Position numbers and translations under genes: made by a program | DNA from: an uncultured Desulfarculus sp. | GTDB taxonomy: Bacteria; Desulfobacterota; Desulfarculia; Desulfarculales; Desulfarculaceae | Length of the DNA: 64,000 nt | Direction of reading: 5' to 3' | Assembly: GCA_963665125.2 (NCBI GenBank) | Contig: CAXXUK010000001.1 | Span: 2,144,001-2,208,000, forward strand | Shown: positions 45,894 to 54,033 of the stretch, in pieces | Position numbering within the stretch: position 1 is the first letter of the stretch | Layout of the letters: every line of letters begins with the position of its first letter | Notes under the pieces: generated by a model | Told to the model about the DNA's origin: nothing | The model's database searches: none | The model's input: the letters and a program-made list of their open reading frames with translations, nothing else

Positions 45894-45979
45894 GCATAAA
45901 GCTGGTCCTGCAAGACCACTACGCCACGGGCGAGGAGCCTTGGGTGTTTCGGTATGTGATGAAGGATGGGAATAAGTAG
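45887..45979 (+). pseudogene. Diverged remnant of the 3' end of the ATC-hydrolase-like gene (repeat A')
   Basis: 45899-45979 aligns without gaps to 44789-44869 (59/81 nt); translates KLVLQDHYATGEEPWVFRYVMKDGNK* versus KLVLEQRHATGKDHCLFRYIMKQDNK*. Confidence 0.85.
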
Positions 45980-46103
45980 TCATTAGAGTATCTTATTAGT
46001 ATTACATGATTATTTTTATTGCCTTACCGATTGTTGTCGTTCTATTGTCTAAAGGGATATCCCATATTTTTGTAAGATATTAACGAACTAAAACAAGGTA
46101 AAA

Positions 46104-48209
46104 ATGGCAAAAAAGTCTCACAACAACACAGGTAACATCCTTGGCGATTCGAGGGCGGAAAAAGATAGCAGAATGCTAGATGCTGCTTTTATATCAACGC
46201 ATGATTTCGAAGCACTCGTTCACACAAAAGACTTCAATTTTGTAGTTGGGCGAAGAGGATCTGGAAAATCTGCATTATTTTTAAAGGTTTCTGAATATAT
46301 AGATAAGAAGAAAATGGGTTATGTTTATTGCAACATGCCCAAAGAGTATGAAATACTGGAATTACAAGAGGTGATAAATAAAATCACAACAGAATATCGA
46401 CTAGCTAAAGCAATTACAAGAGTGGCGTGGCGTCTTAGTATTTTACTTGAGCTCTTATCACAATTAGAAAGCCATTATAAGTTTCCAAATTGTACAAATT
46501 ATTCAAATCTTATCTCTATTATTGAAGCCAACAATATTCTACTAAAGCATAATATATTCAAACGAACAACTGAGTTGATTAAGCATGCATTGAAAAGCTG
46601 CACAAGTCCAACGGAATACCCGGGATTCATTGCTAATACTTATAATATTGAACAAATTAATGACTATTTATCTGACACTTTTTTAGAGATAAATAGAAAT
46701 GCATATTTCTTTTTTGATGGTCTGGACGAGGGCTGGATACCAAATCAACTATCAACAGCTATATTGGGGGGGTTATCTGCGTGCGCTGCCGATTTTGCAG
46801 AAAGAAATTGCAATACTCATATCGTACTCTTTATTAGGGATAACATATATAGATCACTCAACTATTTTGACCGCGATTTCTCACGTCATATCGAAGGTAA
46901 TACCCTCAGACTCAATTGGGATATGGACTCTCTCCTTCACCTCGCTACTAATAGAATAAGAGTAGCTCTCAATCTTGAAAACCTAGAAAGTAATATAAAG
47001 GTATGGAACAGATTCGCTCAAGCAGACCTTAAGGACAAAGCTGGGTTTGATTTCTGTTTAAAATATACATTGTATCGCCCGAGAGACTTAATTGTTTTAC
47101 TCAATAGCGCATATGTTCAAACAGCTCGAGGCGGTAGAAAATCGCTTATAAAAAATGATATTGAAGCAGCATCTAAACAGATATCACAAAATCGTTTATT
47201 TGACCTTCAAAAGGAATACGATGAAGTTTTTCCCGGCCTACCATATTTTATTGAATTATTTGAAGGAGCTCCTGCATTTCAAGATTACGGAACTGTCGTC
47301 AAATTATTAGAACAACATATTCAAAATTCAGATTTTGACTTTTACGGAAAAAGCGATTTTGCTATTCTGGGAACCGGTGAAAGTGCTTTCTTTGCATTAT
47401 ATAGCGTCGGTTTTCTAGGCATGGAGGACCATGTCACAAAAAAACTACAATTTTGCCACGATGGATCATCAGCGAATATTGATGCAATTAAAAACAACCA
47501 AATTACATGCATTCATCCTTGTTATTGGAAGGCGCTTGATGCTAGATCTGAACTTATAGAAGAACAAATCGTAATCGATATTTATGATGACAATGAAAAA
47601 AAAGACAAAACCACTTTTTCCGATATACGAACTAAAAAAATCGGCCAGCTCATCTCAGATTTACCCAGTATGGATGAAGGAAAGGAGATGGCATTTGAGT
47701 TTGAACAGTGGGTATATAGAGCCTTCCAGATCCTTTTTTCCGGTAAGTTGTCCAACATAGAACTTAAACCAAATTGTGATGCCGTACAGCGACGGGATAT
47801 TGTTGCCACAAATATGGCTCAAGAAGGCTTTTGGAAACGTGTCAGACAAGATTATAACGCCCGTCAAATCATTATTGAGGTCAAGAATTACACATCTTTA
47901 AAGGCGAACGATTTCAGGCAGGCTGTCAGCTATACCAACGATATTTATGGCAATTTTGTAACTATCGTCAACAGGAATCAAAACGAAGGGCTATCGGATA
48001 CCGAGAGAGGCTGGCTTAAGGAAATGTGGGACAACAAACGTGTGTTGGTGTTTATATTACCGGCCCCTCTTCTTGCGCAATACATTGGCAAACTTCGAAG
48101 CAGGCCTCGATTTGACTACTCTGAAAACAAATTAAACAAACGTCTCGATACTTTTCTCAGGTCTTATCTATCCCTACGACACGTAAAAAAATCGAAAATG
48201 ATCAATTAA
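46104..48209 (+). CDS. Low-GC P-loop NTPase with C-terminal PD-(D/E)XK (Mrr-like) nuclease; candidate defence protein
   Basis: Walker A GRRGSGKS, Walker B FFFDGLDE, RPRD; C-terminal FE...RRDIV...IIEVKN...QAVSY; strongly AT-rich versus flanks. Confidence 0.75.
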   Translation: MAKKSHNNTGNILGDSRAEKDSRMLDAAFISTHDFEALVHTKDFNFVVGRRGSGKSALFLKVSEYIDKKKMGYVYCNMPKEYEILELQEVINKITTEYRLAKAITRVAWRLSILLELLSQLESHYKFPNCTNYSNLISIIEANNILLKHNIFKRTTELIKHALKSCTSPTEYPGFIANTYNIEQINDYLSDTFLEINRNAYFFFDGLDEGWIPNQLSTAILGGLSACAADFAERNCNTHIVLFIRDNIYRSLNYFDRDFSRHIEGNTLRLNWDMDSLLHLATNRIRVALNLENLESNIKVWNRFAQADLKDKAGFDFCLKYTLYRPRDLIVLLNSAYVQTARGGRKSLIKNDIEAASKQISQNRLFDLQKEYDEVFPGLPYFIELFEGAPAFQDYGTVVKLLEQHIQNSDFDFYGKSDFAILGTGESAFFALYSVGFLGMEDHVTKKLQFCHDGSSANIDAIKNNQITCIHPCYWKALDARSELIEEQIVIDIYDDNEKKDKTTFSDIRTKKIGQLISDLPSMDEGKEMAFEFEQWVYRAFQILFSGKLSNIELKPNCDAVQRRDIVATNMAQEGFWKRVRQDYNARQIIIEVKNYTSLKANDFRQAVSYTNDIYGNFVTIVNRNQNEGLSDTERGWLKEMWDNKRVLVFILPAPLLAQYIGKLRSRPRFDYSENKLNKRLDTFLRSYLSLRHVKKSKMIN

Positions 48210-48279
48210 ACTAATTATACGATACAGATAGTACAGATCCAAACAACCTATTTTGGTGCCAATGCCGATCTTTCTCACG

Positions 48280-48328
48280 CATTGACCGCCCCGCCCCATC
48301 CGCGCTACTGTGCCATACAGCAACCAGG
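48280..48328 (+). repeat. Direct repeat B' (copy 2), the likely sulP promoter (TTGACC-18 nt-TACTGT)
   Basis: 43/49 identical to 45845-45893; ends 23 nt before the sulP ATG. Confidence 0.9.
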
Positions 48329-48351
48329 CCCAGGCAAAGCGACCAAAACGT

Positions 48352-50571
48352 ATGAATGATCCCGCGCCCCCGAAAAAGTTCAGCCTGCTAAACGAGGTGA
48401 GCGGCTCCCTGGCCGCCATGGGTACCATCCTGCCCCTGGTCTTGGCCACGGGCCTGTTGGCCTATGGCCGTTTGGGCGCGGATTTCGTGCCCCTGGCCAT
48501 GATGACGGCCCTGGCCGGGCTGTGCCTGGGCGGCTTGATCGCCGCGTTGCTCAGCTCCAACCCGATGATGTTCTCCGGGCCCAAGAACAGCACATCCCTG
48601 CTGATAACAACCCTGGTCACCACGTTCTACGCCATGAACCCGGCCATGGACCCGAACCTGGCCTTTGGCCTGGCCGTGGCCGCCGTGGCCGTGTCCGCCT
48701 TGTTCGTCTTGCTGGTGGCCCTGTTGCGCCTGGGCTCCCTGGTCAACTACATCCCCTATCCTGTTTTGGCCGGTTTCATGAACGGCCTGTGCCTGCTGAT
48801 CATCATTCAGCAATTTCGGCCCCTGGCGGGCCTGCCCGAGGGCGCATCACTGTGGGATGTCATTGCCAAGCCCCACACCATCCAGGTGGCGGCGGCCATT
48901 TCCGGGCTGGCGACCATTGCCGTGATCATCGTGCTCAAAGCCAGGCACAGCAAACTGCCCTCGCCCCTGGTGGGCCTTGCCGTAGGGGCCCTGGTCCTGG
49001 CCGCCCTGGGCTGGCTTGGCCTGGACACCGCCTCGGTTGAGCGCCTGGAAACGGGGGCTTTGTCCCTGCCGCCCTATGCCGCCGTATTCGATACCCTGCG
49101 CAACAACCTGTCCAATTTGGACTGGCCCTGGTGGCGGGAGGTCATCAGCGGCGGCCTGGCCCTGGGCATGATTATCTGCCTGCAAACCGGCCTCTACGCG
49201 GCCAAGGTGGATGAAATCACCGGCCGGCGCGGCAACCCCCACCGCACCCTGTTGGCCAACGCCGTGGGCAACGCCGTTTCCGCCGTGACCATGAGCCTGC
49301 CGGTCTGCGCAATGTACATCCCGGCCCTGGAGGCCAGCCGCTACGGCGCCCGCACTCGCCTGGTCCCGCCACTGACCACGGCCATGGTGGCCGGAGCGCT
49401 GATATTCCTTTCGCCCCTGGTGAACATGATCCCCCTGTCGGCCATCGCGGGCATGCTGATCATCGTGGGCGTGGGCATGATCGACGAATGGAGCATCCAC
49501 TTTCTCATGCGCCTGGGCGCCCGGCTGCGCAACAAGCCTTCCCGGGCCTTGCTGGATTTGGGCGTGTGCCTGACGGTTACGGTGGTCACCCTGCTCAGCA
49601 GCGTAAGCACGGCCGTGGTGGTGGGCGTGGCCCTGGCCATTCTCCTGTTCGTGGTCAAGATGTCCTCAAGCGTGGTCCGCGACCACTACAGCGGCCGGGT
49701 GCGCTTTTCCCGCACGGTCTACAACTTTGAAAAAATAAAGACCCTGCGCCACCACGGCGTGATGCTCAAGATATTCGAGCTCAAGGGGGCCCTGTTTTTC
49801 GGCACGGCCCGGCACCTGCTCAAGGACGTGCTGGCCAATGTCGGCGAGGCCCGATATTGCCTTTTGGACATGCGCCTGGTCACCGAGATGGACACCACCG
49901 GGGCCATGAGCCTGTTGGCCCTGCGCAAGGAACTGACCGGAATGGGCGTGGACCTGTACCTGGGCCACCTTCCCGACGGCGAGGAGTTCCTGGGGCTGTT
50001 GGAAATGGGCGGCTTTTTGGAGGGTATGCCGCCGGACCGGATCTTCCCGGACACCGAATCGGCCCTGGCGCATGTCGAGGGCCTGATCCTCGATGAGAGC
50101 CTGGCCCCGGAGGACAACCCCCGGCCGCCACTGAGTCTGGCCGACACCGACCCAGCCAAGCGCCTGAGCCATGACCAGATAGAGGCCCTGGCCGCCTACT
50201 GGACCACCCACAAGCTTGACCCGGGCGAGGTCTTCATGGACGACAAGATCATCCGCCGTGACCTCATCGTGGTGCTCGACGGCGCCATGAGCGCCACTTA
50301 TCAGCGCAAGACCGGCCACAAGGCCACCATGGCCGAGCTGGTTCCGGGCAGCGTGTTCAACGTGCCGGCCTGGCTCAGCGGCCAGACATCGCTTCTGACC
50401 CTGGCGGCCACCGCGCCGGTCACCCTGCTGGCCATGAGCCCCGACCAATACAAGGCCCTGGCGGCCGACCACCCCAACATGGCCAACATCATGCTGGGCA
50501 ACCTGCTCCAGGGCCTGAGCATGCGCTTCCGGGCCTCCAGATGGGAGATCATGGTCATGGAAGACATCTGA
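48352..50571 (+). CDS. SulP-family anion transporter with STAS and C-terminal cNMP-binding-like domain
   Basis: FSGP, YIPYPVLAGFMNG, many TM helices, STAS (LKGALFFG...DTTG) and C-terminal beta-roll; ATG 48352 preferred. Confidence 0.85.
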   Translation: MNDPAPPKKFSLLNEVSGSLAAMGTILPLVLATGLLAYGRLGADFVPLAMMTALAGLCLGGLIAALLSSNPMMFSGPKNSTSLLITTLVTTFYAMNPAMDPNLAFGLAVAAVAVSALFVLLVALLRLGSLVNYIPYPVLAGFMNGLCLLIIIQQFRPLAGLPEGASLWDVIAKPHTIQVAAAISGLATIAVIIVLKARHSKLPSPLVGLAVGALVLAALGWLGLDTASVERLETGALSLPPYAAVFDTLRNNLSNLDWPWWREVISGGLALGMIICLQTGLYAAKVDEITGRRGNPHRTLLANAVGNAVSAVTMSLPVCAMYIPALEASRYGARTRLVPPLTTAMVAGALIFLSPLVNMIPLSAIAGMLIIVGVGMIDEWSIHFLMRLGARLRNKPSRALLDLGVCLTVTVVTLLSSVSTAVVVGVALAILLFVVKMSSSVVRDHYSGRVRFSRTVYNFEKIKTLRHHGVMLKIFELKGALFFGTARHLLKDVLANVGEARYCLLDMRLVTEMDTTGAMSLLALRKELTGMGVDLYLGHLPDGEEFLGLLEMGGFLEGMPPDRIFPDTESALAHVEGLILDESLAPEDNPRPPLSLADTDPAKRLSHDQIEALAAYWTTHKLDPGEVFMDDKIIRRDLIVVLDGAMSATYQRKTGHKATMAELVPGSVFNVPAWLSGQTSLLTLAATAPVTLLAMSPDQYKALAADHPNMANIMLGNLLQGLSMRFRASRWEIMVMEDI

Positions 50572-50600
50572 GCTTCGGCCTTTCCTTTTATCATCCGATC

Positions 50601-50887
50601 CATACCGCCGTGTAGGTTCAATTATTCACCACAAGCGTATGTTTCAACGCGCCTTGTTTAAGGATTTCGGACTTCGTCGCCAGCCTCGAAAAAGGCCAAT
50701 GTTAGCCAAGTTTGCCAAGGCATCCGAACACCCGCGAGCCTTTCAGCGGTCATTATCGATAGCGACGACCCAATAGCGGCCCAAGGCCGCCGCCTACCCC
50801 TGAAAAGCCGAAGGGCAGTGCTTCAAATCCCGCCGCAACCCATACCACAGCGTAGGTTTAGCCAGTGGTTTCCTACATTTGCGTAGC
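50601..50887. promoter_or_regulatory. Cluster of TAC-N6-GTA sites upstream of glnA
   Basis: CATACCGCCGTGTAGG (50601-50616), CATACCACAGCGTAGG (50841-50856) and CCTACATTTGCGTAGC (50872-50887). Confidence 0.65.
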
Positions 50888-50962
50888 AGTAGCCACGTTC
50901 CACGGAATGGCTTGCTTTTAGATTTTTTAGTCCTCACAATAGGTTAACAAGAGGACCCCGAA

Positions 50963-50979
50963 TTGGCCCAAGCTTTGCT
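50963..50979 (+). promoter_or_regulatory. sigma54 (-24/-12) promoter of glnA
   Basis: TTGGC-CCAAGCT-TTGCT with correct GG-N10-GC spacing. Confidence 0.75.
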
Positions 50980-51098
50980 TAGGTTCGGGGAAAGGCAGGT
51001 TAGCGCTCCGCGCCATAGGACTGTCCAAATATAGAGGTAGGACAGCCATGTCGGCGCGGCACATTTTTCCGTAAAAGACCCCAAGGAGGTATAAACGA

Positions 51099-52430
51099 AT
51101 GTCTGATCAGGCAAAAGAACAAGTATTAAAAACTGTACGCGACAACAACGTCAAATTCATCCGCCTGTGGTTCACCGATATCCTGGGCATGCTCAAAAGC
51201 TTTGCCATCTCCCCCGATGAACTGGAATTGGCCCTGGAAGAAGGCATGGGCTTTGACGGCTCGTCCATCCAAGGCTTTGCCCGCATTGATGAATCCGACA
51301 TGGTGGCCATGCCCGACCCCAGCACCCTGGCCATTCTGCCCTGGCGTCCGGCCGAGCAAGGCGCCGTGGCCCGCATGTTTACCGACGTGCTGAACCCGGA
51401 CCTGACCCCGTATGAAGGCGACCCCCGCTACGTGCTCAAGCGCACCCTGGCCAAGGCCGCTGAAAAAGGCTACACCGCCTATCTTGGCCCCGAGCTCGAG
51501 TTCTTCTACTTCAAAGACTCCAACGGCACCGAGATCCTGGACCGCGGCGGCTACTTTGACCTGACCCCGCTGGACGTGGCCAGCGACCTTCGCCGCGACA
51601 CCATCTTCGCCCTGGAAAAACTGGGCATCAAGGTTGAGTACAGCCACCACGAAGTGGCCCCCAGCCAGCATGAAATCGACTTGCGCTACACCGACGCCCT
51701 GACCATGGCCGACAACGCCATGACCTATCGCCTGACGGTCAAGGAAATCGCCATGAAGCACGGCTACTACGCCACCTTCATGCCCAAGCCCATCTTCGGC
51801 GAAAACGGTTCCGGCATGCACGTTCACCAGTCGCTGTTCAAGGGCGGCAAGAACGCCTTCTTCAACGCCAACGACAAATACGGTCTGGGCGACGACGGCA
51901 AGGCCTACATCGCCGGCCTGTTGAAGCACACCCCCGAGTTCTGCTCCGTCATCGCCCAGTGGGTGAACAGCTACAAGCGCCTGGTGCCCGGCTACGAAGC
52001 TCCGGTGTACGTCGCCTGGGCCCGCCGCAACCGTTCGGCCCTGGTCCGCGTGCCCATGTACAAGCCCGGCAAGGAAGCCGCCACCCGCTGCGAGCTGCGC
52101 TGCCCAGACCCGGCGTGCAACCCCTACCTGGCCTTTGCCATGATGATCTCCGCGGGCCTCAAGGGCATCGAGGAAGGCTATGTGCTGCCGGATCCGGTGG
52201 AAGAAGACATCTTCGAGATGAGCAAAAAGGAACTGGCCGATCACGGCATCACCAACCTGCCCGCAACCCTGGGCGAGGCCGTTGCCCTGACCGAGAAGAG
52301 TGCGCTGGTCAAGGAAGTCCTTGGCGACCACGTGTTCGAGAAGTTCATCGAGAACAAGCACGCTGAATGGGACGCCTTCCGCCTGCATGTCACCGATTTC
52401 GAACTGGAGCGCTACCTGCCGATCCTCTAG
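51099..52430 (+). CDS. glnA: Glutamine synthetase type I (443 aa, GSI-alpha-like)
   Basis: FDGSSIQGF, GPELEFF, HHEVAPSQHEI, ENGSGMHVH, NSYKRLVPGYEAP and ELRCPDP..NPYL motifs. Confidence 0.97.
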   Translation: MSDQAKEQVLKTVRDNNVKFIRLWFTDILGMLKSFAISPDELELALEEGMGFDGSSIQGFARIDESDMVAMPDPSTLAILPWRPAEQGAVARMFTDVLNPDLTPYEGDPRYVLKRTLAKAAEKGYTAYLGPELEFFYFKDSNGTEILDRGGYFDLTPLDVASDLRRDTIFALEKLGIKVEYSHHEVAPSQHEIDLRYTDALTMADNAMTYRLTVKEIAMKHGYYATFMPKPIFGENGSGMHVHQSLFKGGKNAFFNANDKYGLGDDGKAYIAGLLKHTPEFCSVIAQWVNSYKRLVPGYEAPVYVAWARRNRSALVRVPMYKPGKEAATRCELRCPDPACNPYLAFAMMISAGLKGIEEGYVLPDPVEEDIFEMSKKELADHGITNLPATLGEAVALTEKSALVKEVLGDHVFEKFIENKHAEWDAFRLHVTDFELERYLPIL

Positions 52431-52450
52431 GTCGTGCCTCCAGAAACTTG

Positions 52451-52487
52451 GCCGGGGGGTCCTTTGGGCCCTCCGGCTTCCTTTTTG
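52451..52487 (+). terminator. Intrinsic terminator after glnA
   Basis: GCCGGGGGGTCC/GGGCCCTCCGGC stem followed by TTCCTTTTT. Confidence 0.7.
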
Positions 52488-52576
52488 CCTCCGCCGCAAA
52501 TTTCCTTTGCAACTATCTGCGATTTCTGGTTAATTTGTGTTCTTTGACCAAAACATATGTCATGGGACACTAGCCG

Positions 52577-53407
52577 ATGAACCAGGATAATCAGTACCCC
52601 GCCTTCAAACCGGGCGACAATGTGTATCTAATCGATGAAAAAGAACGCTACGGTATGATCGTGGTGCCCGAAGAAGGCGAAAAGATCAACTTCAAGGGCG
52701 ACAATTTCACCTCGGAGCAGCTCTGCGCCCTGCACGACGGCGAGTTGCTGCGTTCCAAAAACCACCGCTATCTGGTCATGCGCCCGACCCTGGAGCAGGC
52801 CATAATGAACATGCCCCGCCAGGCCCAGGTGATCTACCCCAAGGACCTGGGCATGCTGCTTGTTTGGGGTGATGTGGCCCCTGGCATGAAGGTGGTGGAG
52901 ATCGGCATAGGCCACGGCGCCCTGACCATGACCCTGCTGCGGGCCCTTGGCCCGCATGGCCGCCTGGCCAGCTACGAGGTGCGCCAGGACCACATCAATC
53001 GCACCAGCAAGAACATCATCCAGTTCTTGGGCGAGGACGCCCTGGAGCGCTGGGAGCCGGTATTGGGCGACCCGGCAAACGGTGAGTTGGTTCACAAAAG
53101 CTGGGACCGGCTGTTTACCGACATCCCCGAACCTTGGGAAATGCTGCAGGCAGCCAAGGAAGCCCTGAAGCCCGGTGGCGTGTGGTTGGCCTGGCTGCCC
53201 ACGGTGTTGCAGATGGTCAACCTGGTCGAAGCCGTCAGCGGCGACCCCTATTTTTGTCTGCCGGTATGCTACGAAACCATGCAGCGTTTCTGGCACATCC
53301 GCAAGCCGTCCGTGCGCCCTGTCCACGACATGAAGGCCCATACCGGATTCGTGGTTGCCTGCCGCCGCCGCTGGCGCGGAAACTGGCAGGATGAGCCTGG
53401 TTCATGA
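52577..53407 (+). CDS. trmI: tRNA (adenine-N1)-methyltransferase, TrmI/GCD14 family
   Basis: RPTL, MPRQAQVIYPKD, EIGIGHGALT, DIPEPW, RP.H.M.AHTGF motifs. Confidence 0.88.
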   Translation: MNQDNQYPAFKPGDNVYLIDEKERYGMIVVPEEGEKINFKGDNFTSEQLCALHDGELLRSKNHRYLVMRPTLEQAIMNMPRQAQVIYPKDLGMLLVWGDVAPGMKVVEIGIGHGALTMTLLRALGPHGRLASYEVRQDHINRTSKNIIQFLGEDALERWEPVLGDPANGELVHKSWDRLFTDIPEPWEMLQAAKEALKPGGVWLAWLPTVLQMVNLVEAVSGDPYFCLPVCYETMQRFWHIRKPSVRPVHDMKAHTGFVVACRRRWRGNWQDEPGS

Positions 53408-53433
53408 TATAAATTAAGTCGGAGAGCAACTTA

Positions 53434-53895
53434 ATGATAGTCTTCGACATAGAATGCGAAAGCGGCCATCGTTTCGAAGGCTGGTTCGACGATCTGCGAG
53501 ACCTAGAGGCCCAGATAGCCGCGGGTCTGGTGTGTTGCCCTGTGTGTGAAAGCACAAACGTGCGCCAGATCCCCTCAACGTTCGGCGTAAACCGGGCCTC
53601 AAGCGGCGGTAGCCAGGAAGACATCTCCCAGGCCCTGACACAGGCCCTCAAACGCTATGTCAAAGAAAACTTCGACGACGTGGGCACCCATTTCGCCTCC
53701 GAGGCCTTGAAGATCCACTACGGCGCGTCCGACGCCCGCAACATCCGCGGCGTATCCACGGCCAAGGAGGAAGAGATGCTCCAGCAAGAGGGCGTCAGCT
53801 TCTTCAAATTTCCGGACATCAGCGCCGGGGACGCGGAGCCGCCCCAACTCAGCGACGACGACGGCGGCGGCGGCGGCGATGACAGCGAAAACTAA
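53434..53895 (+). CDS. DUF1178 family protein
   Basis: MIVFD..C..GHRFEGWF, CPVC, DVG..FA.EA..IHYG and R.IRG motifs. Confidence 0.88.
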   Translation: MIVFDIECESGHRFEGWFDDLRDLEAQIAAGLVCCPVCESTNVRQIPSTFGVNRASSGGSQEDISQALTQALKRYVKENFDDVGTHFASEALKIHYGASDARNIRGVSTAKEEEMLQQEGVSFFKFPDISAGDAEPPQLSDDDGGGGGDDSEN

Positions 53896-53919
53896 AGCCC
53901 TCCATCGCTTGCGATATTA

Positions 53920-53948
53920 TTGACAAAGTACACATATGTTGATACCCT
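53920..53948 (+). promoter_or_regulatory. Putative sigma70 promoter of cinA-thpR-recA
   Basis: TTGACA-17 nt-TACCCT; spacer contains ACATATGT. Confidence 0.6.
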
Positions 53949-54033
53949 GCGGCATGCTGTTTTCAAGCGGAGACGCACGGGTGTACTGTTGTTTGATGTA
54001 TGCTGATCAAGCCCCCAATAGGCGGTAGCAACG

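Noticed and set aside
53851..53880. (GAC)n/(GGC)n trinucleotide runs, also near 59494
   Set aside because: In-frame Asp/Gly tracts in coding sequence, not contingency loci.
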